63,496 bases of DNA. It comes from Chiloscyllium plagiosum. Lineage: Eukaryota. Below the pieces are notes generated by a model. It had not been told where the DNA came from and searched no databases. It worked only from the letters and a program-made list of their open reading frames with translations. Location of the stretch: NCBI RefSeq assembly GCF_004010195.1, contig NC_057718.1, positions 81,149,666-81,213,161 on the forward strand, read 5' to 3'. Below are positions 1 through 13,800 of the stretch, in pieces (position 1 is the first letter of the stretch; every line of letters starts with the position of its first letter). A program made the position numbers and the translations under genes.

Positions 1-2152
1 TATTAGTTTTAAAATAGTGATGGAGAAGGACAGACTATATCTAAAAGTTGAATTCTAAAGTGGAGGAAGGCTAATATTGATGGTATTAGGCAAGAACCTT
101 CAAAAGCTGATTGGGGACAGATGTTCGCTGGTAAAGGGATGGCTGGAAAATGGGAAGTCTTCAGAAATGAGATAACGAGAGTCCAGAGACCGTATATTTC
201 TGTTAGGGTGAAAGGAAAGGCTGGTAGGTGCAGGGAATGCTGGCTGACTAAAGAAATTGAGGGTTTGGTTAAGAAAAAGAAGGAAGCATATGTCAGGTAG
301 AGACATGGTAGATCGAATGAATCCTTGGAAGAGTATACTTAAGAGGGAAATCAGGAGGGCAAAAAGGGGACATGAGATAGGTTTGGCAAATAGAGTTAAG
401 GAGAATCCAAAGGATGTTTACAAATACATTAAGGACAAAAGGGTAGCGAGGGAGACAATAGGGCCCCTCACAGATCAGCAAGACTGCCTTTGTGTGGAAC
501 CACAAGAGATGGGGAAGATATAGAATGTAGGGAAGTAGATGGTAACATACTGAAAAATTAGAGGAGGAATTGCTGGTGGTCTTGAAACACGTAAAAGTGG
601 ATAGATCCGCAGGACCTGATCAGGTGTACCCGAGAACTCTGTGGGAAGCTAGGGAAGTGATTGGTGGGCCCCTTGCTAAGATGTTTGTATCATCGATAAT
701 CACAGGTTCGCTGCCAGAAGACTGGAGGGTGGCTAACATTGTGCCACTGTTTAAGAAGGGTGGTAAGGACAAGCCAGGGAATTGTAGACCGGTGAGCCTG
801 ATTTCGGTGGAGGGAAGTTATTGGAGGGAGTCCTGAGGGACAGGATATACATGGATTTGGAAAGGTGAGGACTGATTAGGGATAGTCAACATGGCTTTGT
901 GCATGGGAAATCATGTCTCACAAACTTGATTGAGTATTTTGAAGAAATAACAGAATTGATGAGGACAGAGCAGTGAACATAGTCTGTACGGACTTCAGTA
1001 AGGCATTCGACAAGATTCCCCATGGGAGACTAGTGAGCAAGGTTAGATCTCATGGAATACAGGGAGAACTAGCCATTTGGATACAGAACTGGCTGAAAGG
1101 TTCGAAGACAGAGGGTGGTGATGGAGAGTTGCTTTTCAAACTGGAGGTCTGTGACCAGTGGAGTGCCACAAGGATCGGTGCTGGGTCCACTATGTTTCGT
1201 TATTTATGTAAATGATTTGGATGTGAGCATAAGAGGTATAGTCAGTAAGTTTGCACATTACACCAACATTGGAGGTGTAGTAGACAGTGAAGAAGGTTAC
1301 ATCAGATTACAATGGGATCTTGATCAGGTGGGCCAAGGGGCTGAGGAGTGACAGATGGAGTTTAATTTAGATAAATGCAAGGTGCTGCATTTTGGGAAAA
1401 CAAATCTTAGCAGGGCTTATATATTTAATGGTAAGGTAGTGTTGCTGAACAGAGAGACCTCGGAGTGTACATTCACACCTCCTTGAAAGTAGAGTCACAG
1501 GTAAATAGGGTTGTGAAGAAAGTGTTTGATTTGCTTTTTTTATTGGTCAGTGTTGAGTACAGGAGTTGGGAGGTCATGTTGTGGCTGTGCAGGACATTGT
1601 TTAGGCCACTGTTGGAATATTGCGTGCAATTCTGGCCTCCTTCCTATTGGAAAGATGTTGTGAAACTTGAAAGGGCTCAGAAAAGATTTACAAGGATGTT
1701 GCCAGGGTTGGAGGGTTTAAACTATAGGGAGGGGCTGAACAGGCCTGGACTGGTTTCCCTGGAGCGTCAGAGGCTGAAGGGTGACCTTATAGAGGTTTAC
1801 AAAATTATGAGGGGCATGGATAGAATAAATAGACAAAGTCTCTTTCCTGTGGTTGGGGAGTCCAGAACTAGAGGACTTGGGTTTAGGGTGAGAGGGGAAA
1901 AACATAAAAGAGACCGAAGAGGCAACTTTTTCGCATAGAACACGGTGTGTGTATGAAATGAGCTGCCAGAGGAAGTGGTGGAGGTTATTACGATTGCAAC
2001 ATTTAAAAAGCATCTGGATGGGTATATGAATAGGAAGGATCTGGAGGGCAAGGGCCTTGTGCTGGCAGGTGGGTCTAGATTGGACTGGGATATCCAGTCG
2101 GCATGGACAAGTTGGACCAAAGTGTCTGTTTCTTTGCACTACGTCTCTATAA
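1..2152 (+). mobile_element. CR1-clade LINE, 5'-truncated degenerate ORF2 (RT) plus 3' UTR
   Basis: Fragmented ORFs with WRVANIVPLFKKG, DFSKAFDK, SGVPQGSVLGP, LEYCVQFW, ERAQKRFTRM; CR1-type 3' tail. Confidence 0.92.
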
Positions 2153-2154
2153 CT

Positions 2155-2305
2155 CTGTGTGCAAGCTAGATGGATTAGCCATAGTTAATATGGGGTTATG
2201 AGATAGGGTAAGGTGGCTATGTCTGCGTGAGATGCTCTTTGGAGGGTCAGTGCAGATTTGATGAGCCAAATGGCCTCTTTCCACACTGTAGGGATTCAGT
2301 GACTC
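2155..2305 (+). mobile_element. HE1-type SINE, 3' fragment
   Basis: ggattagcca...ggagggtcagtgcag...ttccacactgtagggattc, as in other copies in the window. Confidence 0.7.
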
Positions 2306-2309
2306 TAAC

Positions 2310-3770
2310 CTGAGCACGTAGTGACAATTGGTATTTATACACAGGCAGTCTATGCATAGCTTGATGCAGCGGCACTCAAAGGTAGCCATCAGGATGAGGG
2401 TGACATTGGGTACATCTTCCCCATCCTTATCCAGAATTTTGTACCTGGTAGTCTTGTGCACACAGTCCACCTTTGACTTCCAGATAAAGTGAAACATGGC
2501 TCAGGTGATTGTTAAGGCACAGATTCGGGAAATGAGCCAGACCTGCACTTCATGCAGCAATACTGACAGTACCTCACATCTGATGACCAGCTTTTTACCT
2601 GCAATGGAGAGGGAGCAATGCACCCATAAACCTAGTTTCTGCCTCATTTTGGCAATATGCTCCTCCTAAATTTTTGCACATGCCCTAACCCCTCTGGACC
2701 ATATGACCAGTACATTTGGTTAATCTGTCCTCTTGCCTTGACTTCCCTTCTCTCATGAGGCCAGTTTGATCTGATTTCTGTTGTTCATGAGTTTGTGCAC
2801 TGACAGTGGATCTGAAGAGAAAATCATTGACATCATCCATTAACAGGAAAGCTTTGACTTGCAGGCCTCTACTGCCTGAAATAGTCACCCCTCTCAGGCT
2901 TGCATCCTTCCTGATGACCTGAGTAAAACGTTCTATACTGCACATGAATAAGACAGCAGAGAGAGGGCAGCCTTCCCTGACTCCAGATCTGATGGGAAGC
3001 TTTCCCACCCATCAAATGCACTAATGATGTTGGTATAAAGCAGTTGGACCCAGTTATATAGATTCCCTTCCCAAAGCCCATTTTGCAGAGTATGTCCCAA
3101 ATGTAGCTGTGCGATATCCTGTCACAGGCATTCTCCTGGTTCAGGCTGAGGAGGTCAGTGTCCACCTCCCTTCATATAGGCAATCATATCCCTGAAGAGC
3201 ATGATGCTCTCAGATCTTACTGCCTGGTACAGCATAGGTTTTATCAGAGTGAATCACTGATCCCAGAGCGGATCTAACTTGGTTGGCGATGATCTTACAC
3301 AGGATTTTGTAATCTGCACTCAGCAGTGAGACGAGTCACTAATTTCTAATATCCTTTATCTCTCCTGCTGGGGTGAGGTTGATGATGCACGTGCTGCCTA
3401 CCAGAAGCACACTGTTGAATACCTCCAGCAGTCCTGGCCAATCAAGTCCGACAGAGCTGAATATAACTCAGCCAGTAAGGCTCAACTTCTGGGAGTTTAT
3501 TCTTTTCAAAGGACTTGAGGGACTTGATCAGCTCAGTGAGGTGTAAAAGCTGGTCCAGCCTCTCCTGCACACTGTTGTCTAAGATTTCTGTGTTGGAGGA
3601 CAGGAACAATTAGGAGGCAGTGTTGTCTGTGTGCTTTTGTCATACAGTCTGGCATAAAAGAATTTCCTGATCCTCAGGATGTTTGACTGAGGTGATATTA
3701 CCATGCCATCATATTCCAGGCTGCTGATCACTAAGCTCTCCCTGTGCATCTTCTGTGAGAAGAAATGCAA
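2310..3770 (-). mobile_element. Tx1/L1-clade non-LTR retrotransposon, degenerate RT region
   Basis: Minus-strand peptides ADYKILCKIIANQV, LSLNQENACDRISHSY, SGVREGCPLS, MDDV and FIWKSK resemble Tx1-like ORF2. Confidence 0.8.
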
Positions 3771-3771
3771 G

Positions 3772-6270
3772 CATTTGGGAGAGCATTTTGGTGATAGTGA
3801 TCACAACTCCCTGACCTTTACTATATTCATGGAGAGGGATGGTAGCAGATAGTCTGGGAAAGTATTTAATTGGGGGAGGGTGAATTATAATGCTGTTAGG
3901 CAGGAACTGTGGAACATAAATTGGGAACAGATATTCTCAGGGAAGTGCATGACAGAAGTATGGAGGTTGTTTCATGAGTACTTACTGCGAGTGCTGGATA
4001 GGTTTACCCCACTGAGGCTAGGAAGGGATGATCGGGTGAAAGAACCTTGAAAAACAAGAGATGTGGAACATCTAGTCAAGAGGAAGAAGGAAACTTACTT
4101 TAGGTTGAGGCAAAGATAAGACAGGGCTCTACAAGGTAGCCAGGAAGGAACTGAAGAATGGACTTAGGAGAGCTGGAAGGGGGCATGAAAAAGCCATGGC
4201 AGTTAGGATTGAGGAAAACCCCAAGTTATTCTAAACTTATGTGAGGAACAAGAGCATGGCGAGAGTGAGGGTAGGGCTGATCAGGGACAATGGAGGGAAC
4301 TTCTGCCTGGAGTCAGAGGAGGTCATTCGTGAGTACTTTGCTTCAGCATTCATTAATGAACGGGGCCTTGTAGTTTGTGAGGACAGCGTGAAACAGGCTG
4401 ATACGCTTGAATAGGTTGCGGATATACTCAAGATTACTGCAGGAAGAAAGGGAAGAAATTGCTGTGCCTTGGTGATCTCTTTGCATCCTCACAGTACACT
4501 GGAGTAGTGCTAGACGATTTGAGGGTGGAAAATGTTATTCCCTTGTTCAAGAAAGAAAATAGGGATAACCCTGAGAATTACAGATCAGACACTCTTGCGT
4601 TGGTGGTGGGCAAATAATTGAAGAGGCTTCTGAGAGGCAGAATTTATGACTATTTGGAAAAACATAACTTGATTAGAGATAGTCAACATTGCTTTGTGAG
4701 GGGCAGATCATGCCTCACAAACCTTATTGAATTCTTTGAGGATGTGACAAAATACATTGTTGAAATGAGAGCAGTGGATGTGATGAACATGGATTTTAGC
4801 AAGGCATTTGATAAGGTTTGCCATTGCTAATTCAGAAAGTATGGGATACAGGGAATTTTGCTGCCTGGATACAGAATTGGCTGGCCCATAGAAGATAGAG
4901 GGTGGTATTAGATGGAAAGTATTCAGTCTGGAACTTGGTGACCAGTCGTGTTCCACAGGGATCTGTTCTGGGACCTCTCCTCTTTTTGGTTTTTATAAAT
5001 GACTTAGATGAGGAAGTGGACAAGTGGGTTAGAAAGGCAAAAGTTAGGACTGCAGATGCTGGGATTTAGAGTCTAGATTAGAGTGGTGCTGGAAAAGCAC
5101 AGCACCTCATCACCTCAGAAAAATAAAGGGAGCGCAGTGATAGTCTGGCGTACTGACCTCTACACCGCTGAAGCTAAACGCCAACTCGAGGACACCTCTT
5201 CCTACTGCACCCTCGACCATGACCCCACCCCCTATCACCAAACCATCATCTCCCAGACCATACAGAACCTCATCACCTCAGAAACCTCAAACAGGTCAGG
5301 CAGCATCCGAAGAGCAGGAAAATCGACATTTCAGGTGGAATGAGTGGATTAGTAAGTTTGCCGATGATACAAAGGTTGGTGGAGTTGTGGATAGTTTGGA
5401 GTGCTGATAAGTGGCAGATGGAGTTCAACCTGGAAAAGTGTGAAGTGATTCATTTTGGAAGGTCAAATTTGAATGCAGTTTACAGTGTTAAAGGTAGGAT
5501 TCTTGGCAGTGTGGAGGAACAGAGGGATCTTCCGGTCCATGTCCATAGATCTCTCAAAGTTGCCATCCAGGTTGATCGGGTTATTAAGGAGGCATATGGT
5601 GTGTTGGCTTTCATTGGCTAGGTGATTGAGTTTGACTCGCGAGGATTTGCTGCACCTCTGTGAAGCCCTGGTTAGACCACGCTTGAAATATTGTGTTCAG
5701 TTATGGTTGCCTCATTCTAGTAGGGATGTGGAAGCTTTAGAGAGGATGCAGAGGAGACTTACCAGGATGCTGCCTGAACTGGAGGGCAGGTCTTATGAAG
5801 AGTGGTTGATGGAGCTAGGGCTTTTCTCATTGGAATGAAGAAGTTTGAGAGATGACTTGATAGAGATGTACAAGATGATGAGAGGCATAGATAGAGTGGA
5901 TAGTCAGAGACTTTTTCCCATGGCAGAAATGGTTGTCACGAGGGTACATAATTTTGAGGTGATTGGAGGAAGGTTTAGGGGACATGTCAGACTACGTTCT
6001 TTTCACAGACTGGTGGGTGCATGGAATGCCCTGTCAGCAGTGGTAGTAGAGTCAGATACATTAGGGACATTTAAATGACTCTTGGATAGGCACATGGATG
6101 ATAGTAAAATGAAGGGTTATGTAGGATAGTTCATCTTAAAGTAGGATAAAAGGTCAGCATAACATCAAGGGCCGAAGGTACCGTGCTGTGCTGTTCTATG
6201 TTTTATGATATCTGGTCAGCATGGACGAGTTGGGCAAAATGGTCTGTTTCGATGCTGTATGGCCCTATGA
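3772..6270 (+). mobile_element. CR1-clade LINE (second subfamily), degenerate ORF2, interrupted by a PLE piece; a second CR1 3' tail follows at about 6210-6270
   Basis: EHFGDSDHN (EN end), SQHCFVRGRSCLTNL, DFSKAFDK, SKFADDTK, WQMEFN. Confidence 0.88.
5033..5332. mobile_element. Penelope-like element fragments: antisense terminal repeat with an embedded sense RT N-terminal piece
   Basis: KGSAVIVWRTDLYTAEAKRQLEDTSSYCTLDHDPT resembles the PLE DKG-region motif; flanks match the ctgcagatgctgg...gcagcatcc terminal repeat. Confidence 0.8.
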
Positions 6271-7139
6271 CCTAGCATATTCATCTTATGTGCCGAAGGA
6301 AGGCAGGTGCAGGCTTATGTAGGTGGGTTAGTTGGGGACCTGGGGATGTATGAAGTCTATAGGAGTAATGAATGCCAGAAAGAGGATTTGGTGCTTAGGG
6401 CTTGCCAACATGTAGAGGTTGAGAGCAATTGCTTTTGCCTTCCACTATGTCAAAAGTTGAAGTGCACAATAGGGAATAAAATAGTTGTGCGCGCACACAG
6501 TGAGTGAGGTATGTGACCTGACTCATGAAGGATGGGGCTGCAACATTCACTAATGAGGATGTTTAAAGAGAACAATGTTATACACAGACCAATATACAGT
6601 GCATTGTTATCTGTCCCACCAAGTGGGATAAGTTTTCAATAAGTTTTCTTCTTCCTCTCACTCCCACTATGTCTTAATTTACTCCTGGATCTGTAGCTGT
6701 GGTGGAAGGAGCCGCCTCAACAGTAGAACTTGTTAACCCTGGAGGTTTGGTTGGGTGACCTTGGGGCATGTGATTCTCCTCCGTTCGGACATGCTGAAGT
6801 TTTCTTGCAGAGGAAAATGGACCCTTGCTGTGATCTTCCAAGAATTTAAAGGGGTCAGATAGGGTTGGGTACACTGTCCCATATGGAGACTTCTGAGGAC
6901 TTTGAGTGTGTTCCTTTTCTGGTTAGGTGTCTACTGGCACTGTCCTGTCCCCTTGTGAGGAAGCAGCATCTGATATGTTCACCAGGTTCCTTGTCCCCTG
7001 TCACCATGGCTTTGGTCCTGGGGGCAAATGGTTGTGTTGCTGCAGTGTAGGTGTGTACACCTTTCCATCAGATGTTTAGGATGCTGATCCTGGTTCTCCT
7101 GACATTTTCTGGAAGGAATGGAGACTGTGAGCAAGTGAG

Positions 7140-8320
7140 TCTTTGAGAGTCTGGGAGGGATTCTGACAGACACTGGAGGGTGGGAAGGGTTCTGACCGAG
7201 ACTCTGGGAGGAGGGAGAAAGGGAGGGATTTTGACAGAGACTCAGGAAGGGAGGGCTTCTGACATAGACTCTGAAGAGGGAAGGGAGGGATTCTGACAGA
7301 GACAGTGAGAAGGAGGGAGGGAGGGATTCTGACAAACTGCGAGGGAAGAAGGAAGGGGTTCTGACAGAGACTTTGTGATGGAGGGGTTCTGACAGACTGT
7401 GGGAGGGATTTTGACAGGGATTCTGAGGGAAGGAGGGATTCTGACAAGGGGAATCTGACAGTAGGTCCAGAAAATCTAATGGGCCTAAGAGTTAGGGAGA
7501 GTGTCCAGGACTGAGGGTATCTGACATTGTCTGGAAGGACAGAAGAGCACACGGAAGGGACTCTGGGAGAAAGGGAAGAAAGGAAGAGAGAGAGTCTGAG
7601 AAAAACGGAAGGTTGGGAATGGGTGGAGCTTGGATGGAAGGGAGTGAGTCTGAAGATGAGTGTTAGAGTGAGTCTGGGATGGAGGGAAAGGGGAAGGGAA
7701 TCTGAGCGCGAGGAAATTGACAACGTTGGGAGAGAGAGGGGGCAGTCTGGAGGAGGAGGTTGCCTGGGAGGGAGAGACTAAGGGAGTCTGAATGTGAGTC
7801 TGGAAGGGAGGGACAGAGTGAGTCTGAGATTAAGGGAGGGAGTGAGCCCGAGTGTGAGACTGGGAAGGGGTTTGCACAAGTGTACCAGGGAGTCTAGGAG
7901 GGAATCCAGGAAAGGGAGAGTAAGTCCAATGGAGAGTCTGGAGGGAGGGAGAGTGCATGCCTGGGAGGGATTGAGGGGGGAGGAAATCTGAGTGAGAGTC
8001 TGGGTTGGAGGGAGGGTGGCTGTGGGACAGAGTCTCGGAGGAAAAGAGAGAGTCTGAGAACAAGGAAGTGAGGGACAGAGAGAGTCTGAGAATATGTCTG
8101 CAGGGTGGGATGGAGGTGGTCTGACTGAGAGTTTGGGAGGGAAAAGGCAGTGAGTCTGAGAGCAGATTGGGTAGTAGGAAGTGAGTGAGTCTGAGAGTTG
8201 GGGGATGAGGTAACGGGTTTGGGACCGGGACTGAGAATGTGTGAGGAGGGAGGGAACAAGTCAGGAAACGAGTCTATATTTGTGTGGGGGTGGTGCAAGA
8301 GGAGCAATTCTGAGTGGGAG
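7140..8320 (+). repeat. Purine-rich degenerate tandem repeat (gggaggga-ttctgacagagact / gagtctgag units)
   Basis: Recurrent ttctgaca and agtctg motifs roughly every 20-35 bp; strong G/A strand skew. Confidence 0.8.
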
Positions 8321-8774
8321 CCTGTTAAGCAAAGAACTAATGAGAGAGAGAGATTTTAAAACTGGATGTGAGCTGGCCACGTGCTGTTTCCCACCACTTT
8401 CTCTTTCCTGCTTAATCCACAGTGGGAGAGATGGAAAACCTTGGCTGAAAGGCAACTGGCTTCAAACCCCCACTTCCACATGAACTCTGTTAAGGCCAGC
8501 TATCAATATGCATCAGCAGACATGTGGGTTGGGGTAATAGACTTCAAATATTTGGGTTGGCAGTAGCCATGCTTTGTTTAAAGACTGCTTTAAGCTTTGG
8601 AAGTGTGAATTAGAACACATTTCAATCAACTCTATCACTATATTTAAGCAAAATAAATTTGGTTGTAATTTTTAAAACAATTGTTGAAAACAATGGTAAC
8701 AATCTTGTGCAGAAATTTGATTTAAATATTTATGTGACGAGTTAATTAATATCTTAGGAGATGAGTCCAAAGAT

Positions 8775-8962
8775 GGCGGATTGGCTATGTTAGCTTGCCT
8801 ATAGTGTCTAGGGATGTGCAGGCTAGGTGGATTAGCCATGAGAAAATGCAAGGTAACAGGGCTGGGGAGAGATTTGGGTCTGGGTGGAATGCTCTTCTGA
8901 GGGCTGGTGTGGACTTGGTAGGCCAAATGGTCTGCTTCCACACTGTAGGGATTCTATGATTC
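8775..8962 (+). mobile_element. HE1-type SINE, 3' half
   Basis: ggattggctatg...gtgcaggctaggtggattagccatg...ttccacactgtagggattctatgatt. Confidence 0.8.
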
Positions 8963-11494
8963 TTGGAGCAGGTTTGCCTGGACGCCCACTGACTCTCCCT
9001 CTGTTTAAACAGGACAGGGGCTAATTCAAAGCAGATTGGATTTCAGATTTTCAGAAGATTGTGCATGCCCCACCTCTTTATCATTTAAATATTAAAATCC
9101 GATTTTATGCACCAGATTTTTATTTTGTTCCTCCCTTCCAGACTCTCATTCCGACTCCCTTAGTCTCTCCCTCACAGGTAACTTCCTTCCCAGACTCACT
9201 GTCTCTCCCAACATTGTCAATTTTCCCGCACTCAGATTCCTTCCCACTATCTCTAGGGAATAGAATAGCAGATGTCCTGTGTTACGAAGATGAGTTAACT
9301 AAAGGAACAACAAATAAAATTATGCAGCCAATTAATTGTCATCTCTACCATTCCGGCTGTCGGCCTTATCTTTCACTTTTAAATGTGTTTCAGTGCTGGC
9401 TTGCTTTATATACACGGGTGCATGGTATAAAATAGAAATAGAAAGCTGAGTGAATTATAAATTTTACACTAGAAATCTATTTGCAGCACCAATGAAGACC
9501 TATATATTGTTTTGCAACGTGAAGTGCTGATGAACTGAACTGGAGTAGCTTGTGCAGGTGTGTTATCTTCAAATTCCCTGTGAATGTACAGAAATTGGAC
9601 AAATGATTGTGATATCAGAGTGCAGATGTAGTGTGAGATGGATGTACTATACAGGAAGGTTATTTGTAAGTATTCATTGCTAAAACATCACGCGTTATGA
9701 AGGAAGATTTTGTTAAAGGGTGATTCAACAAGTTGCGGTTGAATCAAAATTTATGGGAGCACTCTGATTTGCTGTAAGAATTTGGAGACCTTTTTTTCTG
9801 ATGATGGAAAGGCAGAAAATAACATGACTTTGCATAGATATGGGGATGATAGTTGCAGTACCACTTGCCGCAGGACAGGTGAAAGATGAAACCTCTCTGA
9901 CAAGGGAGGAGAAGTAGGCCTACCCTTATGAAGTGTTAACCGGAAAGCATCCTCTGTAACACCACTGCTATGTTAGAATGAGCTAACAACAGTGCCTCAG
10001 GAGACTATGCTTCATAAGGTGGGTAATGATAGTCATACCACCTCCTTTGTCACTCTTCAAACCAGCGAGGACCATCCTTTCAATCACTGTGAAGGTTTTC
10101 ATCACAGTCTCTTTCTAAATGACCGACCCTTTCAGTTGCAAACAGGTGACACGTAAACCTAAATTACCAGAACAACTGGTTGCAAGCATAGTATGCTTCC
10201 CAGTACTCTTTGTACTTCTGCTGCAACTTTTCCTTTTTATTCCCTGGGCTTCAACTTTGCAGAAAGCCTATTAGGTGGTACTTTATTAAACGTCTTCTGA
10301 AGTCCATATATACCATGTCACCAGCATAATTAGCCCTCTCTGTTCACTTGTCAACAAACTCAATCTCATTCCTTCACTGTTGCTGGGTCAAATTTCTGGG
10401 ATTCTTCCCCTGTGGGCATGGAGGGTCAGCAATAAAATGCTGGCCAGCTAGTGATGCCCACATCCCATGAGGGAATTTTTTTAAAATGGTAAAACACAAT
10501 TTTCCTCCAGTAACTAAATGATAGCTTAATTAATTTGTCTCCAAATGTCTTTGAATTATATCTTGTTATTGATGTGAATGGATTAAACACCATTTAAATA
10601 AAAGCACATTGACCATATCAATAAAGGTAGCAGCAATCCCAGTATGAATAAAATAGTCCTTTAAAGAAAACAGTAACACTAAAAATGAATATAGAACTCT
10701 GTTCTGAGATGTAAAAATAAGTGAGGCTAGTATACGTTATTTGTAAGTTTGACTGGATTAAAAGCAGAATGGACAAATTGGCTGCTGCTTGAAAATTCTG
10801 ATGGCTACCAGAACAAAAAAACCAAATCGTCATATCTCTAGAATGTCACATCTTCAATTTGTATGAACCGACAGCTGAACCAACACACACAAATAATATA
10901 CTGGATGTCAACCTCAACCAGCTATGAACAAAGGAAATCATTGAAACAGTTATGAACGAGATGGCTATAACAGTTAACTGCTACAAAATGCAGTCGGTTT
11001 TGACCAATACATCAAAACATCTCATTAGATCTGTGTCTAAACTGGAAGCCCCAGCACATGACTGAAACTGCTGATTTATATGAATCCAATTATAAAGTTT
11101 TCAAATTTGTTTCTCCAATCTTCTTGGAACAGCAGGACAGAGGGCACCAGGGTTAGCTGCCAATGATTCCAATTTTCCACAAAAGTCTGATTCTGTGAAA
11201 CACCCCTGTATTTCAACTGCAAATTTATATCTTTATAATTATTGCACCTTAATCAACAGTTCAATTACATCAGTGCTTCTGTGAAAGCAGCTTCTTTGAA
11301 CGGCTAACTGAAAGAACCTCTACGGCATCCTCCAATTCATGTGAACTAATGCCAGTTTCTTGGATTTGAAGCAATGTGCAATTTGTGACCCATTTCCCTT
11401 TTCTTAACTTTGTTGGATACATGCTTGTATGAATGTATGTGTGCTACAACCCATTCTCCTTTGTTTTGAATGTATAGGTAATATTGAATGTTTT

Positions 11495-12830
11495 AGAGTC
11501 GTACAGGTGTACAGCACGGAAACAGACCCTTCACTCATCCATTGCTGACGAGATATCATAAATTAATCTAGTCCCATTTGCCAGCACCTGGCCCATATCC
11601 CTCTGAACCCCTTCCTGGTACAATTACAACATTTAAAAGGCATCTGGATGTAATTGTACCAGCCCCCACCACTTCCTCTGGCAGTTCATTCCATGCACGC
11701 ACAATCCTCTGCATGAAAACTTTGCCCCTTAGGTGCCTTTTATATCCTTCCCTTCACATCCTAAACCTATGCCCTTTAGTTCTGGACACCCCCAACCAAG
11801 GAAAAGACTCTGTCTGTTTATCCTATCCATGCCCTTCATGATTTTATATACCTCTATAAGGTCACCCCTCAGCCTCCAAAGCTCCAGGGAAAACAGCCCC
11901 AGCCTATTCAGCCTCTCCCTATAGCTCAAATCCTCCAACCCTGGCAACACCTTTGTAAATCTTTTCTGAACCCTTTCAAGTTTTACAGCATCCTTACCAG
12001 AATTGCATGAAATATTCCAAAAGTTGCCTAACCAACTGACCAATAAAGAAAAGCATACCAAATATCTTCACTATCCTATCTACCTGTGACTCTACTTTCA
12101 AGAAACTATGCATCTGCACTCCAAGGTGCCTTTGTTCAGCAACACTCCCTAGGACCTTACCATTAAGTGTATAAGTCCTGCTAAGATTAACTTTTCCAAA
12201 ATACAACACCTCATATTTATCTAAATTAAACTCCATCTGCCACTCCTCAGCTCATTAGCCCATTTGATCAAGATCCTGTTGTAGTCTGAGGTAACCTTCT
12301 TCACTGTCCACTACACCTCCACTTTTGGTGTCATCTGCAAACTTACTAACTACATCTCCTATGTTCATATCCAAACCATTTATATAAATGATGAAAAGTA
12401 GTGGACCCAGCACCGATCCTTGTGGCACTCCACTGGTCACAGGCCTTCAGTCTGAAAAGCAACCGTCCACCACCACCCTCTGTCTTCTACCTTTGAGCCA
12501 GCTCTGTATCCAAATGGCTAGTTCTCCCTGTATTCCATGAGATCTAACCGTGCTAACCAGTCTCCCATGAGGAACCTTGTCGGACGCTTTACTGAAGTCC
12601 ACATAGATGGCATCTACCGCTCTGCCCTCATCAATCCTCTTTGTTATTTCTTCAAAAAACTCAATCAAGTTTGTGAGACATGATTTCCCACGCACAAAGC
12701 CATGTTGACTATCCCTAATCAGTCCTTGCCTTTCCAAATACATGTAAATCCTGTCCCTCAGGATCCCCTCCAACAACTTTCCCACCAACAATGTCTGGCT
12801 CACCAGTCTATAGTTCCCTGGCTTTTACCT
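11495..12830 (-). mobile_element. CR1-clade LINE RT plus 3' UTR, same subfamily as 1-2152
   Basis: Minus ORFs with SQHGFVRGKSCLTNL, SGVPQGSVLGP, SKFADDTK, ERVQKRFTK. Confidence 0.92.
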
Positions 12831-13039
12831 GAAAGAGTTTGATGTGCATTACTTTTTTAATTAGACTTCATAAATAGGATTTGTGGAAATCACTGCTTCT
12901 GTTTAAATAATAGGAAAACTTAAAGTAAATTAAAAACTATCTCTGCTGCAGATAGACAAGAACAGCAAAAATAACTCAGTACATCTCTCTTTCTATTGTC
13001 CTTTTACAATTCTCATTTAGAAAAAAGCTTCCAAAACAG

Positions 13040-13800
13040 TAACTAACCTGACTAGTTTGTAGTTGTTGCACTTCCTATTTGAACAAAGTTTAAAATTTGC
13101 AGTTCTCAAAGTTCTCAGGCACCAATTCCTTCAACTCAGGAGGCAGGAGCATTATGGCCAGTAACTCCAAAATGGACCTTTGTATATCTCTTAACATCCT
13201 GAATGCAGCTCATCCATTCCTAGTGAGTTATCAATTTCATAATAGACAGACTTTCTTGTATCTTCCCTTTTATCAATTTTTAACCATCTAGTTTGTCCTC
13301 ATTCGCTAAGACTTTGGCAGCATCATCTTTCATGAGAAAGTCAGATGCAACATACTCGCTTCGTACTTCAGCTCTGCCTCTCTATGTGAACCTTCGTTTT
13401 GACCTCTAATTGCCTCACCTTCCCCTACATCTTTACCACTCTTTTGTTATTTATGCGGCTACAGAATTCTTGTGGATTTCCTTTGATGTTAACTGACAAT
13501 CTCCTCAATCTCTCACACTTTTTCCTATTTCCAATTATATTTACCCCAAACTGTTTACGTTCAGCGTGATTCACCTTCGTTTGAAATAGATAAAAGGACT
13601 TGAAAGCTTTCTATAGTGAAGGGAAATGAGATGATTGTTGATGAGAAGGGTTGGAAAGGATTAAAAAAATTGACCCAAGAGAGTGGAAGGAAGTACCTAT
13701 GGTAATCCATAACTTGTAATTTAGTGAACACAACCAAAGGTGTCAGATTACTGTAGAAAGATGCCATGTTCCTGTTCAGGAGAAAGAGCAATTCGTCAGG
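13040..13800. mobile_element. Old CR1-like fragments: minus strand 13040-13560, plus-strand EN fragment 13575-13800
   Basis: Degraded similarity to CR1 ORF2 segments seen elsewhere in the window. Confidence 0.45.

Noticed and set aside
6270..7140. Possible Harbinger transposase or Tx1 ORF1 remnant on the minus strand
   Set aside because: Only weak short motifs (IALNLY); cannot support a call.
7076..8307. Longest ORFs (215 aa and 137 aa; S/L/P-rich)
   Set aside because: By-products of the low-complexity purine/pyrimidine repeat.
9484..9540. C/D-box snoRNA-like motifs
   Set aside because: Imperfect C box, and the terminal stem does not enclose the D box.
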